A stretch of 64,000 nt of DNA from an uncultured Ruminococcus sp. (GTDB taxonomy: Bacteria > Bacillota > Clostridia > Oscillospirales > CAG-382), in NCBI GenBank assembly GCA_964549435.1, contig CAZJVB010000003.1, positions 21,722-85,721 on the forward strand, read 5' to 3'. This document shows, in pieces, positions 19,777 to 29,706 of this stretch (position 1 is its first letter; each line of letters starts with the position of its first letter). A program made the translations under genes and the position numbers. Under the pieces are notes generated by a model. It did not search any database. It saw nothing but the letters and a program-made list of their open reading frames with translations, and was not told the origin of the DNA.

Positions 19777-21429
19777 ATGGCAGTAAACGAGAATCATAAC
19801 GGTATTTTCGGCGGGCAAGCCCGCCCGATTCTGACGATCGTCATGGACGGCGTCGGTTACACAGAGCGAAAAGCCGGCAACGCGGTGCTCGCGGCGGATA
19901 CCCCTACGCTGGATTTTCTGAATGCGAATTATCCCCGCTTTCTTCTGCAGGCGCACGGCACGGCGGTCGGTCTGCCGTCCGATGACGATATGGGCAACTC
20001 CGAGGTGGGGCACAATGCGCTTGGCGCCGGACAGGTCTTTGCACAGGGCGCGAAGCTGGTAAGCAATGCGATCGAAAGCGGCAAAATCTACGCCTCCGAC
20101 ACATGGAGGACGCTGACCGACCGTGTGAAAGCCACCGGCGGTACTCTGCACTTTTTGGGTCTCTTCTCGGACGGCAACGTCCATTCTCATATCGACCACC
20201 TGCGCTCGATGGTCGCGCAGGCGAAGGTCTGCGGCGTCTCCCGCGTGCGCATCCACATCCTGCTGGACGGCAGGGACGTCGGAGAAACCTCCGCACTGGA
20301 CTATGTTACCCCGTTTGAAGCCTTTTTGGACGGTCTGCGAGATGACGGCTTTGACGTCGCCATTGCTTCCGGCGGCGGCAGAATGCAGATCACGATGGAC
20401 CGCTACGAAGCCAACTGGGCCATGGTCGAGCGCGGCTGGCACACCCATGTGCTGGGTGAAGGGCGCACGTTTTCTTCCGCAACGGAAGCCATTGAGACGC
20501 TGCGCGCGGAAACCGGCGCAATCGATCAGGACCTCCCGCCGTTTGTCATTGCTGAGAACGGAAAGCCCGTCGGCACCGTGGAAAACGGCGACGCCGTAAT
20601 CTTCTTCAATTTCCGCGGCGACCGCTCCATCGAAATTTCCAAGGCATTCGAGGGCAGCGCGGCATTCGACCGCTTTGACCGCGTCCGCGTGCCGGAGGTG
20701 CTGTACGCCGGCATGCTGGAATACGACGGCGACGCGCATATCCCGTCCCGCTATCTCGTATCTCCGCCGGAGATCACCGGCACGATGGGCGAATTCCTCG
20801 TGCAGCACGGGATTCCGCAGCTCGCCCTCTCCGAAACGCAGAAGTACGGGCATGTCACCTATTTCTGGAACGGCAATCGTTCCGGCAAGTTCTCCGAGGA
20901 GTTGGAGGAATATATTGAAGTCCCGTCGGACGTGGTTCCGTTTGAACAGCGTCCTTGGATGAAATGTGCGGAAATTACCGACGTGCTGATCGAAAAGCTG
21001 CGCTCCGGCAGGTTCGGATACCTGCGTGTCAACTTCCCGAACGGCGATATGGTCGGACACACCGGCTCTTTCATCGCGACCAAAATTTCCATGGAAGCAC
21101 TGGACCTCTGCCTTGCCCGCATTCTGAAAGTCGTGGACGAGGTCGGCGGCGTCGCCATCATCACGGCGGACCACGGCAATGCGGACGAAATGTACGAGAT
21201 CGATAAGAAAACCGGCGAGCCAAAACGCTCCGCCAACGGTACGCCCAAGGCAAAAACCAGCCACACGCTCAACCCTGTTCCCTGCTATCTCTACGACAAC
21301 TTTTACCGGGACCGTTACGAGTGTATCGAAGGCAAATACGGTCTTGCAAACATCGCTGCTACCGTCGTGACCATGATGGGGCTGGAGCCGCCGGCATACT
21401 GGAAAGCATCGATGATCAAGCTGAAATAA
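19777..21429 (+). CDS. gpmI: 2,3-bisphosphoglycerate-independent phosphoglycerate mutase
   Basis: MGNSEVGH, SDGNVHSH, DMVGHTG, TADHGN. Confidence 0.95.
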   Translation: MAVNENHNGIFGGQARPILTIVMDGVGYTERKAGNAVLAADTPTLDFLNANYPRFLLQAHGTAVGLPSDDDMGNSEVGHNALGAGQVFAQGAKLVSNAIESGKIYASDTWRTLTDRVKATGGTLHFLGLFSDGNVHSHIDHLRSMVAQAKVCGVSRVRIHILLDGRDVGETSALDYVTPFEAFLDGLRDDGFDVAIASGGGRMQITMDRYEANWAMVERGWHTHVLGEGRTFSSATEAIETLRAETGAIDQDLPPFVIAENGKPVGTVENGDAVIFFNFRGDRSIEISKAFEGSAAFDRFDRVRVPEVLYAGMLEYDGDAHIPSRYLVSPPEITGTMGEFLVQHGIPQLALSETQKYGHVTYFWNGNRSGKFSEELEEYIEVPSDVVPFEQRPWMKCAEITDVLIEKLRSGRFGYLRVNFPNGDMVGHTGSFIATKISMEALDLCLARILKVVDEVGGVAIITADHGNADEMYEIDKKTGEPKRSANGTPKAKTSHTLNPVPCYLYDNFYRDRYECIEGKYGLANIAATVVTMMGLEPPAYWKASMIKLK

Positions 21430-21477
21430 GGAATAACCCGTCTGAATGCTCCCAACGGAGGAAAGGAATCTCCTGTC

Positions 21478-22212
21478 ATGATCCTGTCTGTTCTCAACAC
21501 CTATGGCTTTTCCCGGATCGGTCTGGCACTGCTGCTGATCCATGCGTTCTGCGTCCTGCTGGCGCTGATCTGCCATGAGGTAGCGCACGGATTTGTCGCG
21601 TACAAACTCGGAGATCCGACGGCAAAGCAGGAGGGGCGGCTGACGCTGAATCCTGCCGCGCATCTGGATCCGATCGGATTTCTGATGCTGCTGTTCGTCG
21701 GGTTCGGCTGGGCAAAACCGGTGCCTGTCAATCCGCGCCGACTGAAAAAGCCGCGCCGCGACATGGCGCTGGTCTCCTTTGCCGGTCCGGCGGCGAATCT
21801 GCTGCTTGCGCTGCTTTCAGGACTGCTTTGCTCGCTGATGATGCATCTTGGCATTTTACCGCTGTACAATCCGGAAGCCGTCTCCCCTCTTTCGGTGCTT
21901 TGCTACGCGATGTGGATCTTCATGATTCTGAACGTCGGGCTTGCATTGTTCAATCTGATTCCGCTGCCTCCGCTGGACGGCTCCAACATTCTGGTTTCGT
22001 TCCTGCCTCCGAATAAGGCGGCAAAGTATCTGCAGATCCGGCTTTACATGCGGTATATCCTGCTGGGCATCGTTCTGTTGAATGTGCTCGCCTCCTATTC
22101 CACGCTGTTTGCCTATCTGGATTACTATCTCTGGCTCCCGTTCCAGACGCTGCGCAGCTGGATCGCCGAAGGCATCCTCGCTCTCGGCAACCTGCTGTTC
22201 GGCTGGATATAG
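21478..22212 (+). CDS. Site-2 (M50) membrane metalloprotease
   Basis: HEVAH, AGPAAN, FNLIPLPPLDG. Confidence 0.92.
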   Translation: MILSVLNTYGFSRIGLALLLIHAFCVLLALICHEVAHGFVAYKLGDPTAKQEGRLTLNPAAHLDPIGFLMLLFVGFGWAKPVPVNPRRLKKPRRDMALVSFAGPAANLLLALLSGLLCSLMMHLGILPLYNPEAVSPLSVLCYAMWIFMILNVGLALFNLIPLPPLDGSNILVSFLPPNKAAKYLQIRLYMRYILLGIVLLNVLASYSTLFAYLDYYLWLPFQTLRSWIAEGILALGNLLFGWI

Positions 22213-22250
22213 ACCCAACCTGTAAACTTGTCAAAGGAAAAAAGTATGCG

Positions 22251-22994
22251 ATGTCCGACGTGAATTTGAAAATCGAACAGTACGAAGGACCGCTCGACCT
22301 GCTGCTGGCGTTGATCACCAAGCACAAGATTGACATCTTCGACATCCCGATTGCGGACATTGCGGAGCAGTACAACGCCTATCTGGATTCCATGCAGAAG
22401 CTGGACATGGAGCTGGCAGGGGATTTTCTGGTCATGGCGGCAGAGCTGATGCTGATCAAAAGCCGCATGCTGCTGCCGCAGAAGGAAGGCGCGGAGGATC
22501 CCCGGAAGCCATTGGTAGACGCCCTGCTGGAGCACCAGCGCGCAAAGCTGGCAGCCGGTTTCCTGAAAGAGCGTTCCGAGCTCTATTACGACCGGTTTCC
22601 TAAGCCCGCCGAAGAGCAGACCGATACCGCTTACCATCGCGAGCACGCCGTATCGCTTCTTTCGGAGGCGTTCGCCCGCATTGCGGAACGGCTGGCTTTG
22701 GAAAAACTGCAAAAGGAAGAGGTTAAGCTGTTCCGCGATCTGAAGGAGGAACGGTACTACACCGTCGAGGAAAAACTCGACAGGCTGTACGCCACGCTCA
22801 AGCGCTTTCCGCGCATCTCCTTCGACAGTCTGTTTTCCGAGGTACACTCCCGCGGAGAAATCGTCGCGATTTTCCTTTCCGTATTGGAGGCGGTGCGCTT
22901 CGGACAGGTGGATGTCGCCCACGGGGAGGGCGATCTGCTTTGGCTTTCTCTTTCCCCGGATTTCACAGAGCCGGACACATCCGTCTCACCATAA
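22251..22994 (+). CDS. scpA: Segregation and condensation protein A
   Basis: EGPLDLLLALI, FLVMAAEL, FLSVLE. Confidence 0.93.
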   Translation: MSDVNLKIEQYEGPLDLLLALITKHKIDIFDIPIADIAEQYNAYLDSMQKLDMELAGDFLVMAAELMLIKSRMLLPQKEGAEDPRKPLVDALLEHQRAKLAAGFLKERSELYYDRFPKPAEEQTDTAYHREHAVSLLSEAFARIAERLALEKLQKEEVKLFRDLKEERYYTVEEKLDRLYATLKRFPRISFDSLFSEVHSRGEIVAIFLSVLEAVRFGQVDVAHGEGDLLWLSLSPDFTEPDTSVSP

Positions 22995-23022
22995 TCACAT
23001 GCCAAAAAGGAGGCGATCCCGC

Positions 23023-23637
23023 ATGCCGTCTGTCCCAAAAGAAACCGTCGCTTCTTTGGAAGCCGTCCTGTTCGCTTGCGGCGGACCGGTGGAAAGCGAA
23101 CGGCTGCGCGAGCTGCTCTGCCTCTCTCCGGAAGAGCTGACGGAAGCGACAGAAGCGCTGCGCGCCTTGCTGGAAGAGGCGGATCGCGGGATCCAGCTGA
23201 TCCGCGTGGAAACCGCCTATCAGCTCTGCACAAAGCCGTTTGTAGCAGAAACCGTCAAAAGAGCGCTGGAACTGCGTAAGTCGCCTCCGCTGTCCAAGGC
23301 GGCACTGGAGGTCCTCGCGATCGTTGCCTACCACCAACCCGTCACCCGCTCGTTCATTGAGCTGGTTCGCGGGGTGGACAGCTCTTCGATCGTTTCCTCC
23401 CTCTGTGACAAGGGGCTGATCACGGAACGTGGCTGCCTCGACGCTCCCGGACGGCCGACGCTGTTCGGAACGACGGATGCGTTTCTGCGCTGCTTTGGGC
23501 TGGATTCTCTGGACGATCTGCCGGAAACCGCACTGCCTGCCGAAAACGGGTCGGAGCAGCTTTCCATGCCGCTGCCAACATCGGAAGAACAGCCGGAACC
23601 GGCGGTCGGGGATGAACCGACACCCAATGCGGTATGA
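23023..23637 (+). CDS. scpB: Segregation and condensation protein B
   Basis: LEAVLF, LSKAALEVLAIVAYHQPVTR, GRPTLFGTT. Confidence 0.93.
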   Translation: MPSVPKETVASLEAVLFACGGPVESERLRELLCLSPEELTEATEALRALLEEADRGIQLIRVETAYQLCTKPFVAETVKRALELRKSPPLSKAALEVLAIVAYHQPVTRSFIELVRGVDSSSIVSSLCDKGLITERGCLDAPGRPTLFGTTDAFLRCFGLDSLDDLPETALPAENGSEQLSMPLPTSEEQPEPAVGDEPTPNAV

Positions 23638-24323
23638 TCTTTTTGTACATCCTCGGCGGCATTGCATTGCTGCTCGGCCTGCTCGGTGCGGTCAAGCTTT
23701 CTGTGCGGGCGGGCTACTGCGGGACGCCGCTCGTCACCGTGAAGATCGCCTTTCTCACCCTGCCTCTGGTGGGCGGTGAAACATATACGCCACCGAAAAA
23801 AGCCGGCAAAGCGCCGGCAACTGAAAAAAAGCAAAAGAAAGCCAAAAAGAAAAAACAGAAAAAAAAGACGGTTCCACCAGCCGAAAAACCGCCATTGACT
23901 TCCGTCCTCTCCGCCTTCCGCGATCTGCTGACGCATCTGCTGAAGGGTTTTGCCCGGCATCTCAAAATCGAGGAGCTGCGGCTCCGGGTGCTGGTCGCTA
24001 CAACAGATGCGGCGCAAACCGCACTGCTGTACGGCACGGTCTGCGCATTGGTAGAACCGGTGCGGCTGCTCACGGAACAGGCACGCCGGGTGTGCAGAAA
24101 GCGCATCCTGATCGACGTGGAATGCGATTTTCTGGCAGATAGGCCGGACGTGGATGCAGAATTCTGTCTTTCCATACGCGTTTGGCGTCTGTTCTGTATC
24201 GCGCTGCGATCAGCAGGTCCACTCATAGATGCGCTCCGCCTGCTCCGCGCGTACGCAAGCGCCCGTCCGCCTGCAGAAAAGGCGGAACCACAGGAAAAAG
24301 AAGCGCAGGCGCTTTGTCAGTGA
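23634..24323 (+). CDS. DUF2953/YtfI-like protein
   Basis: N-terminal TM, DAAQTALLYG motif, position between scpB and ytfJ. Confidence 0.7.
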   Translation: MIFLYILGGIALLLGLLGAVKLSVRAGYCGTPLVTVKIAFLTLPLVGGETYTPPKKAGKAPATEKKQKKAKKKKQKKKTVPPAEKPPLTSVLSAFRDLLTHLLKGFARHLKIEELRLRVLVATTDAAQTALLYGTVCALVEPVRLLTEQARRVCRKRILIDVECDFLADRPDVDAEFCLSIRVWRLFCIALRSAGPLIDALRLLRAYASARPPAEKAEPQEKEAQALCQ

Positions 24324-24349
24324 ATAACAAACAAGGAATGGTGAATCCT

Positions 24350-24766
24350 ATGGAAACTCCCATGAAACAATTGATTGAGGAAGCGATCCGCAATGTCAAT
24401 ACAGTTGCGGACGTCAATACCGTGATCGGAGATCCGGTCACCCTGCCGAACGGCGTGACGATCGTACCGTTTTCCAAGATCAGCGTCGGCTTCGCGACCG
24501 GCGGCACCGACCGCGCACCGAAGCATACCGATCGCCCCCTGTTTGCAGGCGGAAACGGCGCCGGTATTTCCGTCACCCCGCTGGGGTTTCTGGTGGTTGC
24601 AGCGGACGGCTCGGTGACCTTGCTGGATCTGAAAAACCCGGATTCCTATGCACCGGCGCAAAATCCGGTGGATAAAGTCATCGACGGCGCGCAGTCTCTC
24701 ATGGATCGCGCTCCCGATCTGCTTGCGCGCTGCAAGGACGCCCTATCCAAAAAGAAGGAGGAATGA
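24350..24766 (+). CDS. ytfJ: GerW/YtfJ family sporulation protein
   Basis: DVNTVIGDP, SKISVGFATGG, FAGGNGAGISVTP. Confidence 0.88.
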   Translation: METPMKQLIEEAIRNVNTVADVNTVIGDPVTLPNGVTIVPFSKISVGFATGGTDRAPKHTDRPLFAGGNGAGISVTPLGFLVVAADGSVTLLDLKNPDSYAPAQNPVDKVIDGAQSLMDRAPDLLARCKDALSKKKEE

Positions 24767-24772
24767 ACTGAT

Positions 24773-25315
24773 ATGGCACTGAAATGCATCATTTTGGAGA
24801 ACAACTCGGATCAGACTGCGCGCCACGAAGCGGTGCAGCAGGCAGTGCGCAACTATCTGCACAATGATCGCGTTACGATCAAATATTCCGAAAAAGGACG
24901 GCCATCCGTCGTGGGAAGCGAGCCTCCCAAGCATATCGCCGTCACCACAACCGGAGACAAAATGATTGTCGCACTCAACGACACACCGATCGGCATCGAC
25001 GGCGAATACCTCCCCCGCTACGAAAACAGCAAAACGGATTATCCGATGCTGGCGGAACGCTTTTTCTCCGGAGAGGAAGCGGAGTATATCCGCGACGGCG
25101 TCGGCTCCGGCGAAGAAAAGGAACGGTTCCTGAAGGTCTGGACACGCAAGGAGGCCTATGTCAAGTGCGTCGGCAAAACGGTCGCTGATTTCCCGAATTT
25201 TTCGGTGATCGAGGGAGACAAACTGCTCACCCGGATCGGCACGGTTTCCATCCGCAAATTTTCCATCGCATTCGAGGGCAGCGACAAATACCTGTTTGCC
25301 ATCGCCGGCGTATAA
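24773..25315 (+). CDS. 4'-phosphopantetheinyl transferase family
   Basis: IGIDGE, FLKVWTRKEAYVK. Confidence 0.85.
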   Translation: MALKCIILENNSDQTARHEAVQQAVRNYLHNDRVTIKYSEKGRPSVVGSEPPKHIAVTTTGDKMIVALNDTPIGIDGEYLPRYENSKTDYPMLAERFFSGEEAEYIRDGVGSGEEKERFLKVWTRKEAYVKCVGKTVADFPNFSVIEGDKLLTRIGTVSIRKFSIAFEGSDKYLFAIAGV

Positions 25316-25344
25316 GCGCGAGAAGCGACGTACCGCCAAAAGAA

Positions 25345-25379
25345 ACAACCGGACAAAGAACTGTCCGGTTGTATTTTTA
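25345..25379. terminator. Bidirectional terminator
   Basis: acaaccggaca-aagaac-tgtccggttgt plus T-run. Confidence 0.75.
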
Positions 25380-25403
25380 TTTGTATATAGATAACTCGGT
25401 GTC

Positions 25404-25718
25404 TTACGCTGCTTCGGAAGAGGTCGCCTCAGAGGAAGAAGCGGAAGAATTGTCAGCAATATTCTTTGAAATGGCAGTCACCGTGTAAAGTGCAATCACC
25501 AGCACAACGAACGCGATCGCGCAATACACAGTCCATTTTTCAAACTTTTTGCCCTTCTTGGCAGCTTCCGTCTTGTTCAGATAGGAATTGGAGGAGGAAT
25601 TGCCGCTGATGACGTTTTCCAGCCCCTTCCGCTTGCCCTGCTGACGGGTAATAAATACAATCAGTATGACAGCAAGCACCAAAATGACAGAACCGATGAT
25701 ATATTGCAGAATATCCAT
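25404..25718 (-). CDS. secG: Preprotein translocase subunit SecG
   Basis: Two TM helices with a QQGKRKGL..ISG loop. Confidence 0.8.
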   Translation of the reverse strand: MDILQYIIGSVILVLAVILIVFITRQQGKRKGLENVISGNSSSNSYLNKTEAAKKGKKFEKWTVYCAIAFVVLVIALYTVTAISKNIADNSSASSSEATSSEAA

Positions 25719-25837
25719 ATCGTTTAAAATCCCTTTCCTTACTTTATCGCATATTGTAAAATATTATATCATGACCGGAGCCGCTTTGCAAGAGCGTTTT
25801 CGACACTTCTCAAAATTTCACAATTTATTCACATTTC

Positions 25838-27292
25838 TCAGTCTTTGTCCGTCGGCTTCTTCTGGTTTCCCAGCAGCTTTCCGGTGTCCTCACCCTTCTG
25901 CCGACCTTTCCGGATCCAACGCACAAAGCGCAGAATCAGGAAAGCGACCGCCGCCAGTACCCAAAGACCGACGACCGCAAGCGTAATCTTGATGATCGTC
26001 CCCATAGGACCGTCAAACAGAAATTCCCGCAACTTGGAAAAGGTTGTTTTCAGAGAATCTGTCTCTATGGACTCCTTGGCAACCAGATCCACCGTGGCAA
26101 GTATCCTGCCGTTCTGCACATAAGTGACGCTGCCCAGCACATCTCCCTGCCGAACCGGCGCATCCGTCGTCATCCAGGTCTTCCCGTTGAATTCGCTTTC
26201 ATAAACCTTTTCGCTGTCGTAAACGATCTGCTTTTCCACCGGCATCCCTTCCGGGTTGGAAACCATCAGTTCCACCGTTTCCGAAGGCACCAGAATCAGG
26301 AAATCCTTTTCCGCGCCGCCTCCCATCCGTAGCTCTGCGATCATATCGTCCGTTTTGCAGAGAGAAAGGAGCCCGTAGGAATTCAACACATACGGGATCA
26401 GCGCACGGATATCTTCATAGGCATTGCCGGAATCAAACCAACGCTCATTGTCGTCAATCTTTTCGCTGGACGCACCCATAACAACGAAAACATAGGCGAT
26501 TCCCTCCTTTTCACATGCCGTGATCACACAATAGTTCCCCTGATCGGTCGCCTGTCCGGCAATCAGCCCGATGGCGTCATCCAGCACGTAATCCTTGATG
26601 ACAAGCCCGCACTTCAGATAGTTTTTATTCCGGATAGAGCCAAAGGTCGCCTGATTGGAATACTCCACCAGCGTATTATACCGGTAAAATGCAGCCGCAA
26701 TCCTGACCGCATCCGCAACGGTTGTGCTGCCCCTGCCGCCGAAACCGATCGTATCTGAAAAGGTCGTATTTGACAGCCCAATGGCTTCTGCCTTTTCATT
26801 CATTTTCGCCAGAAAATCCGCTTCCGTTCCCGACATCAGCGTTTCGGCGCAGTAATGCACCAGTGCCGCGCAGGAGTCGTTCGCATTGGCAACCAGTGCC
26901 GTGGTAAACAGGTACTCCAGCGTACAGGTATCGCTTCCGTCCAGCCCGATGTAAGGGGAGCTGCGGTCGCCGGCGATATATGTGCCGTTCACCCATGCGG
27001 GCTGAATCGCAATCTCCTTGGAAAGCGGCTGATCGCAGGCTTCAATCAAATCATATGCGACCATCAGCGCCATCAGCTTGGTCACCACGCCGGGTGCAAA
27101 ATATTCATCCGCCCGGTTTTCATACAGCAGTTGTGCAGTATCCACACAGTAGGCGGCCGCCGGATTGACCGAAGTAAACGTCGTTTCCTGTTCTCCGGTC
27201 GCAGCGACCTGTACCGGCAGAGCGGCAAATAAGCCTGCGAGCCAAAGCAGACAGGCACAAAGACCGCTTAAAATTCGATACTTCCGTTTCAT
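25838..27292 (-). CDS. D-alanyl-D-alanine carboxypeptidase (S11/PBP5) homologue with degenerate catalytic motifs
   Basis: Signal peptide, TKLM, ANDSCAAL, FLAKMNEKAEAIGLSNTTF, C-terminal APVRQGDVLG domain and TM; SxxK, SxN and KTG motifs altered. Confidence 0.85.
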   Translation of the reverse strand: MKRKYRILSGLCACLLWLAGLFAALPVQVAATGEQETTFTSVNPAAAYCVDTAQLLYENRADEYFAPGVVTKLMALMVAYDLIEACDQPLSKEIAIQPAWVNGTYIAGDRSSPYIGLDGSDTCTLEYLFTTALVANANDSCAALVHYCAETLMSGTEADFLAKMNEKAEAIGLSNTTFSDTIGFGGRGSTTVADAVRIAAAFYRYNTLVEYSNQATFGSIRNKNYLKCGLVIKDYVLDDAIGLIAGQATDQGNYCVITACEKEGIAYVFVVMGASSEKIDDNERWFDSGNAYEDIRALIPYVLNSYGLLSLCKTDDMIAELRMGGGAEKDFLILVPSETVELMVSNPEGMPVEKQIVYDSEKVYESEFNGKTWMTTDAPVRQGDVLGSVTYVQNGRILATVDLVAKESIETDSLKTTFSKLREFLFDGPMGTIIKITLAVVGLWVLAAVAFLILRFVRWIRKGRQKGEDTGKLLGNQKKPTDKD

Positions 27293-27335
27293 ATGCACAC
27301 CCATACCCTTCCCCATACTGTTTTCACTGTCCGTT

Positions 27336-28283
27336 TCATTTCGCCGGCGTCCCCGCGACGCTTTTGATATCCTTCTCCACCTGTTCCCGCAGCGCCTCCA
27401 CCGACGGGAAACAGCGCTCCTTGCGCAGAAAGCGCAGCAGCGTCACCTTGACCTGTACGCCATACAGCGGAAGCTCCTCCTCAAAGTCGAGCAGATGCGT
27501 TTCAAAGATCGGCTTGGATTCCGAGGAAACCGTCGGCTTGATGCCGACATTGGTGATCCCGCGGAATGACCGTCCGCCGAATTCCGCGATGGACGCATAC
27601 ACGCCAAAACGGGGTAGCTGCCGGTCGTCGGAAGGAAGCTGATTGATGGTCGGAAAGCCGAACTGCCGTCCGAGCTTTCTCCCCTCGCGAACCGGCAGCA
27701 GCACGGAATAGCTCCTGCCGAGCAAGCGCTCCACCTCCGCAAGGTTTCCCTCGCCCAGACAGCGGCGAATATAGGTAGAGGAAACCTCCTGCCCGTCTAT
27801 CCTGACCGGCGGGATAACGATGCCTTCCCGCCCGTTCTCCTGCATCAGCGTCTGCATCGTGCGGCAATCGCCCATGCGTCCTTTTCCGAATCGGAAATCA
27901 CTGCCGATCACGGCGGCGCGGCAGTCCATGCGGGCAATCAGAAACTCCCGGACGAATTCCTCACAGGAAAAATCATGCAGGTAATTATAATCCGCCTCGT
28001 AAACCGCTTCTACGCCAAGCGATGCCAGCGCCTCCAGCCTGTCCGCTTCACCGGAAAGGTATTTTGCACCAAAATAAAGAACCTTCGGATTCTCTGTAAA
28101 CGTGAAAACCAGCGGAACGGCGCCGCGCGCCTTTCCTTCAGCGACCAGCTGGTGCAGCAATACCTGATGTCCTTTGTGCACGCCGTCGAAATTACCGATC
28201 GCGACCACGGTCGGAAAAGGAAGCGGTAAATCCCCGCGGCAATAGCTCCGCGGCATTTTTTTGATTTGATAATCCAGTTCCAT
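27336..28283 (-). CDS. ribF: Bifunctional riboflavin kinase/FAD synthetase
   Basis: IGNFDGVHKGH, VSSTYIR, GRQFGFPTIN, GIKPT. Confidence 0.95.
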   Translation of the reverse strand: MELDYQIKKMPRSYCRGDLPLPFPTVVAIGNFDGVHKGHQVLLHQLVAEGKARGAVPLVFTFTENPKVLYFGAKYLSGEADRLEALASLGVEAVYEADYNYLHDFSCEEFVREFLIARMDCRAAVIGSDFRFGKGRMGDCRTMQTLMQENGREGIVIPPVRIDGQEVSSTYIRRCLGEGNLAEVERLLGRSYSVLLPVREGRKLGRQFGFPTINQLPSDDRQLPRFGVYASIAEFGGRSFRGITNVGIKPTVSSESKPIFETHLLDFEEELPLYGVQVKVTLLRFLRKERCFPSVEALREQVEKDIKSVAGTPAK

Positions 28284-28509
28284 GCTTTGACGCCCTCTTG
28301 TTAGCAACGGCGATTGGCTGCCGGTTTTTTCCTGTCCCATATGATACCCGTTTTCCTGTCCTTTGTCAAGTCGCTTTTTGTGAAAAAACAGGTTTTGCAA
28401 AAATTCTTGTGAAAAAAGGGAGGAAGCAGCTCAAGTGCTTCCTCCCCAAACCGAATTTGCCTTCTTCAAAGCGCCGCAAAACACAGGGCAAGTACATGCA
28501 AATTTTTGT

Positions 28510-29127
28510 TCAGGCGTCGTATGTGCCCAATACGATGCGTTTCAGCATCAGATAATCCTTTGCGTTCACCGCACCGTCACCGTTGACATCCGCAGCGGCA
28601 GCCTGCATACGGCTCGGCGTAAAGGTTTCCAGCGCGATGCGCTTGAGCATCATATAATCTTTTGCGTTATAAAAACCGTCCAGATTCACATCCCCCGGTC
28701 CGGCACATGCAGAAACAAGAAGTACGGGGTCAACCGCAGCAACAATCTGCTCCAAACGATGCAAAGCAAACATCGTTTCCCGAATCGTCTCTTCCGATAC
28801 CGCCGCCGTCACTACAAATCCGCCGCCGGAAAGCACGGATACCTCCGGATACGCCTCGCTGTCGTCCAGCTCACCGGACAAACCGATCCCCGCCAGCGCG
28901 GCGCTCAGTTCCTCCGCAGTTACACTGCTTTCGGTGGTTATCAGGAGCCTTCCCAATACCCGCTCCCATGCATAGGAGTTGTAGCTCCTGACGAAAAGAT
29001 CTTCGTCAATCTCCCGATACAGGTCCTCGTCCGTCATTCCCGCATATTCCGTTTTCGCGGACACCGTAACCGCCATCACCGACAACAGAAGGACCGCTGC
29101 CAGCAGCACAACAAAACTCTTTTTCAT
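28510..29127 (-). CDS. Secreted small-domain + C-terminal dockerin protein (paralogue 2)
   Basis: Signal peptide; GDVNLDGFYNAKDYMMLKR..ADVNGDGAVNAKDYLMLKR. Confidence 0.85.
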   Translation of the reverse strand: MKKSFVVLLAAVLLLSVMAVTVSAKTEYAGMTDEDLYREIDEDLFVRSYNSYAWERVLGRLLITTESSVTAEELSAALAGIGLSGELDDSEAYPEVSVLSGGGFVVTAAVSEETIRETMFALHRLEQIVAAVDPVLLVSACAGPGDVNLDGFYNAKDYMMLKRIALETFTPSRMQAAAADVNGDGAVNAKDYLMLKRIVLGTYDA

Positions 29128-29706
29128 TTTCTTATCCCTCTTTCCTTTTCCGGCTGCTTTATGCAGTCGGAACATAGCTTCCCAGTACCATGCGTTTCAG
29201 CATCAGATAATCCTTTGCATTTACCGTGCCGTCCATATTGACATCCGCAGCAAGCTGCTGTCGCTCAGACAACGCATAGGTGCCAAGCACATGGCGCTTA
29301 AGCATCATATAATCCTTTGCGTCTACGGCATCATCCAAATTCACATCCCCCGTTTTCGGTTCCGGAATCACTTCGATGTAATTCGGAAACGCCAAACAAA
29401 TCTGCTCACAACGATGTAACGTGAACAGCACATCACGAATTTGCTCTTCGGAAACAAGGAGACAATACGCCCCGGTTTCCTCGTTAGCGGACAAAAATAC
29501 CGCACGGTCTGAAAAATCATTCGGCAAGCCGCATGTAGCTAAGGCACTGCTCAACTCTTCCTGCGAGACATCTGCCGATCTGCCGAACAAAATCTCCCCT
29601 TCCATCCGCGGTCGAGCGAGCATGCTGTCAATCTCCTGATACAGCTCTTCGTCCGTCAACTCCGCGTATTCCGTTTTCGCGGACACCGTAACCGCCATCA
29701 CCGACA
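29045..29706. repeat. 40-bp identical direct repeat (29045-29084 and 29667-29706) in the tandem dockerin genes
   Basis: tattccgttttcgcggacaccgtaaccgccatcaccgaca occurs twice. Confidence 0.9.

Noticed and set aside
17718-21663. Long antisense ORFs (17718-19547, 19702-21663; also 15579-17048 and 3067-4401)
   Set aside because: Shadow frames of GC-rich real genes, with no recognisable motifs.
24773-25315. PPTase as a marker of an NRPS/PKS cluster
   Set aside because: No carrier-protein or synthetase genes are in the window.
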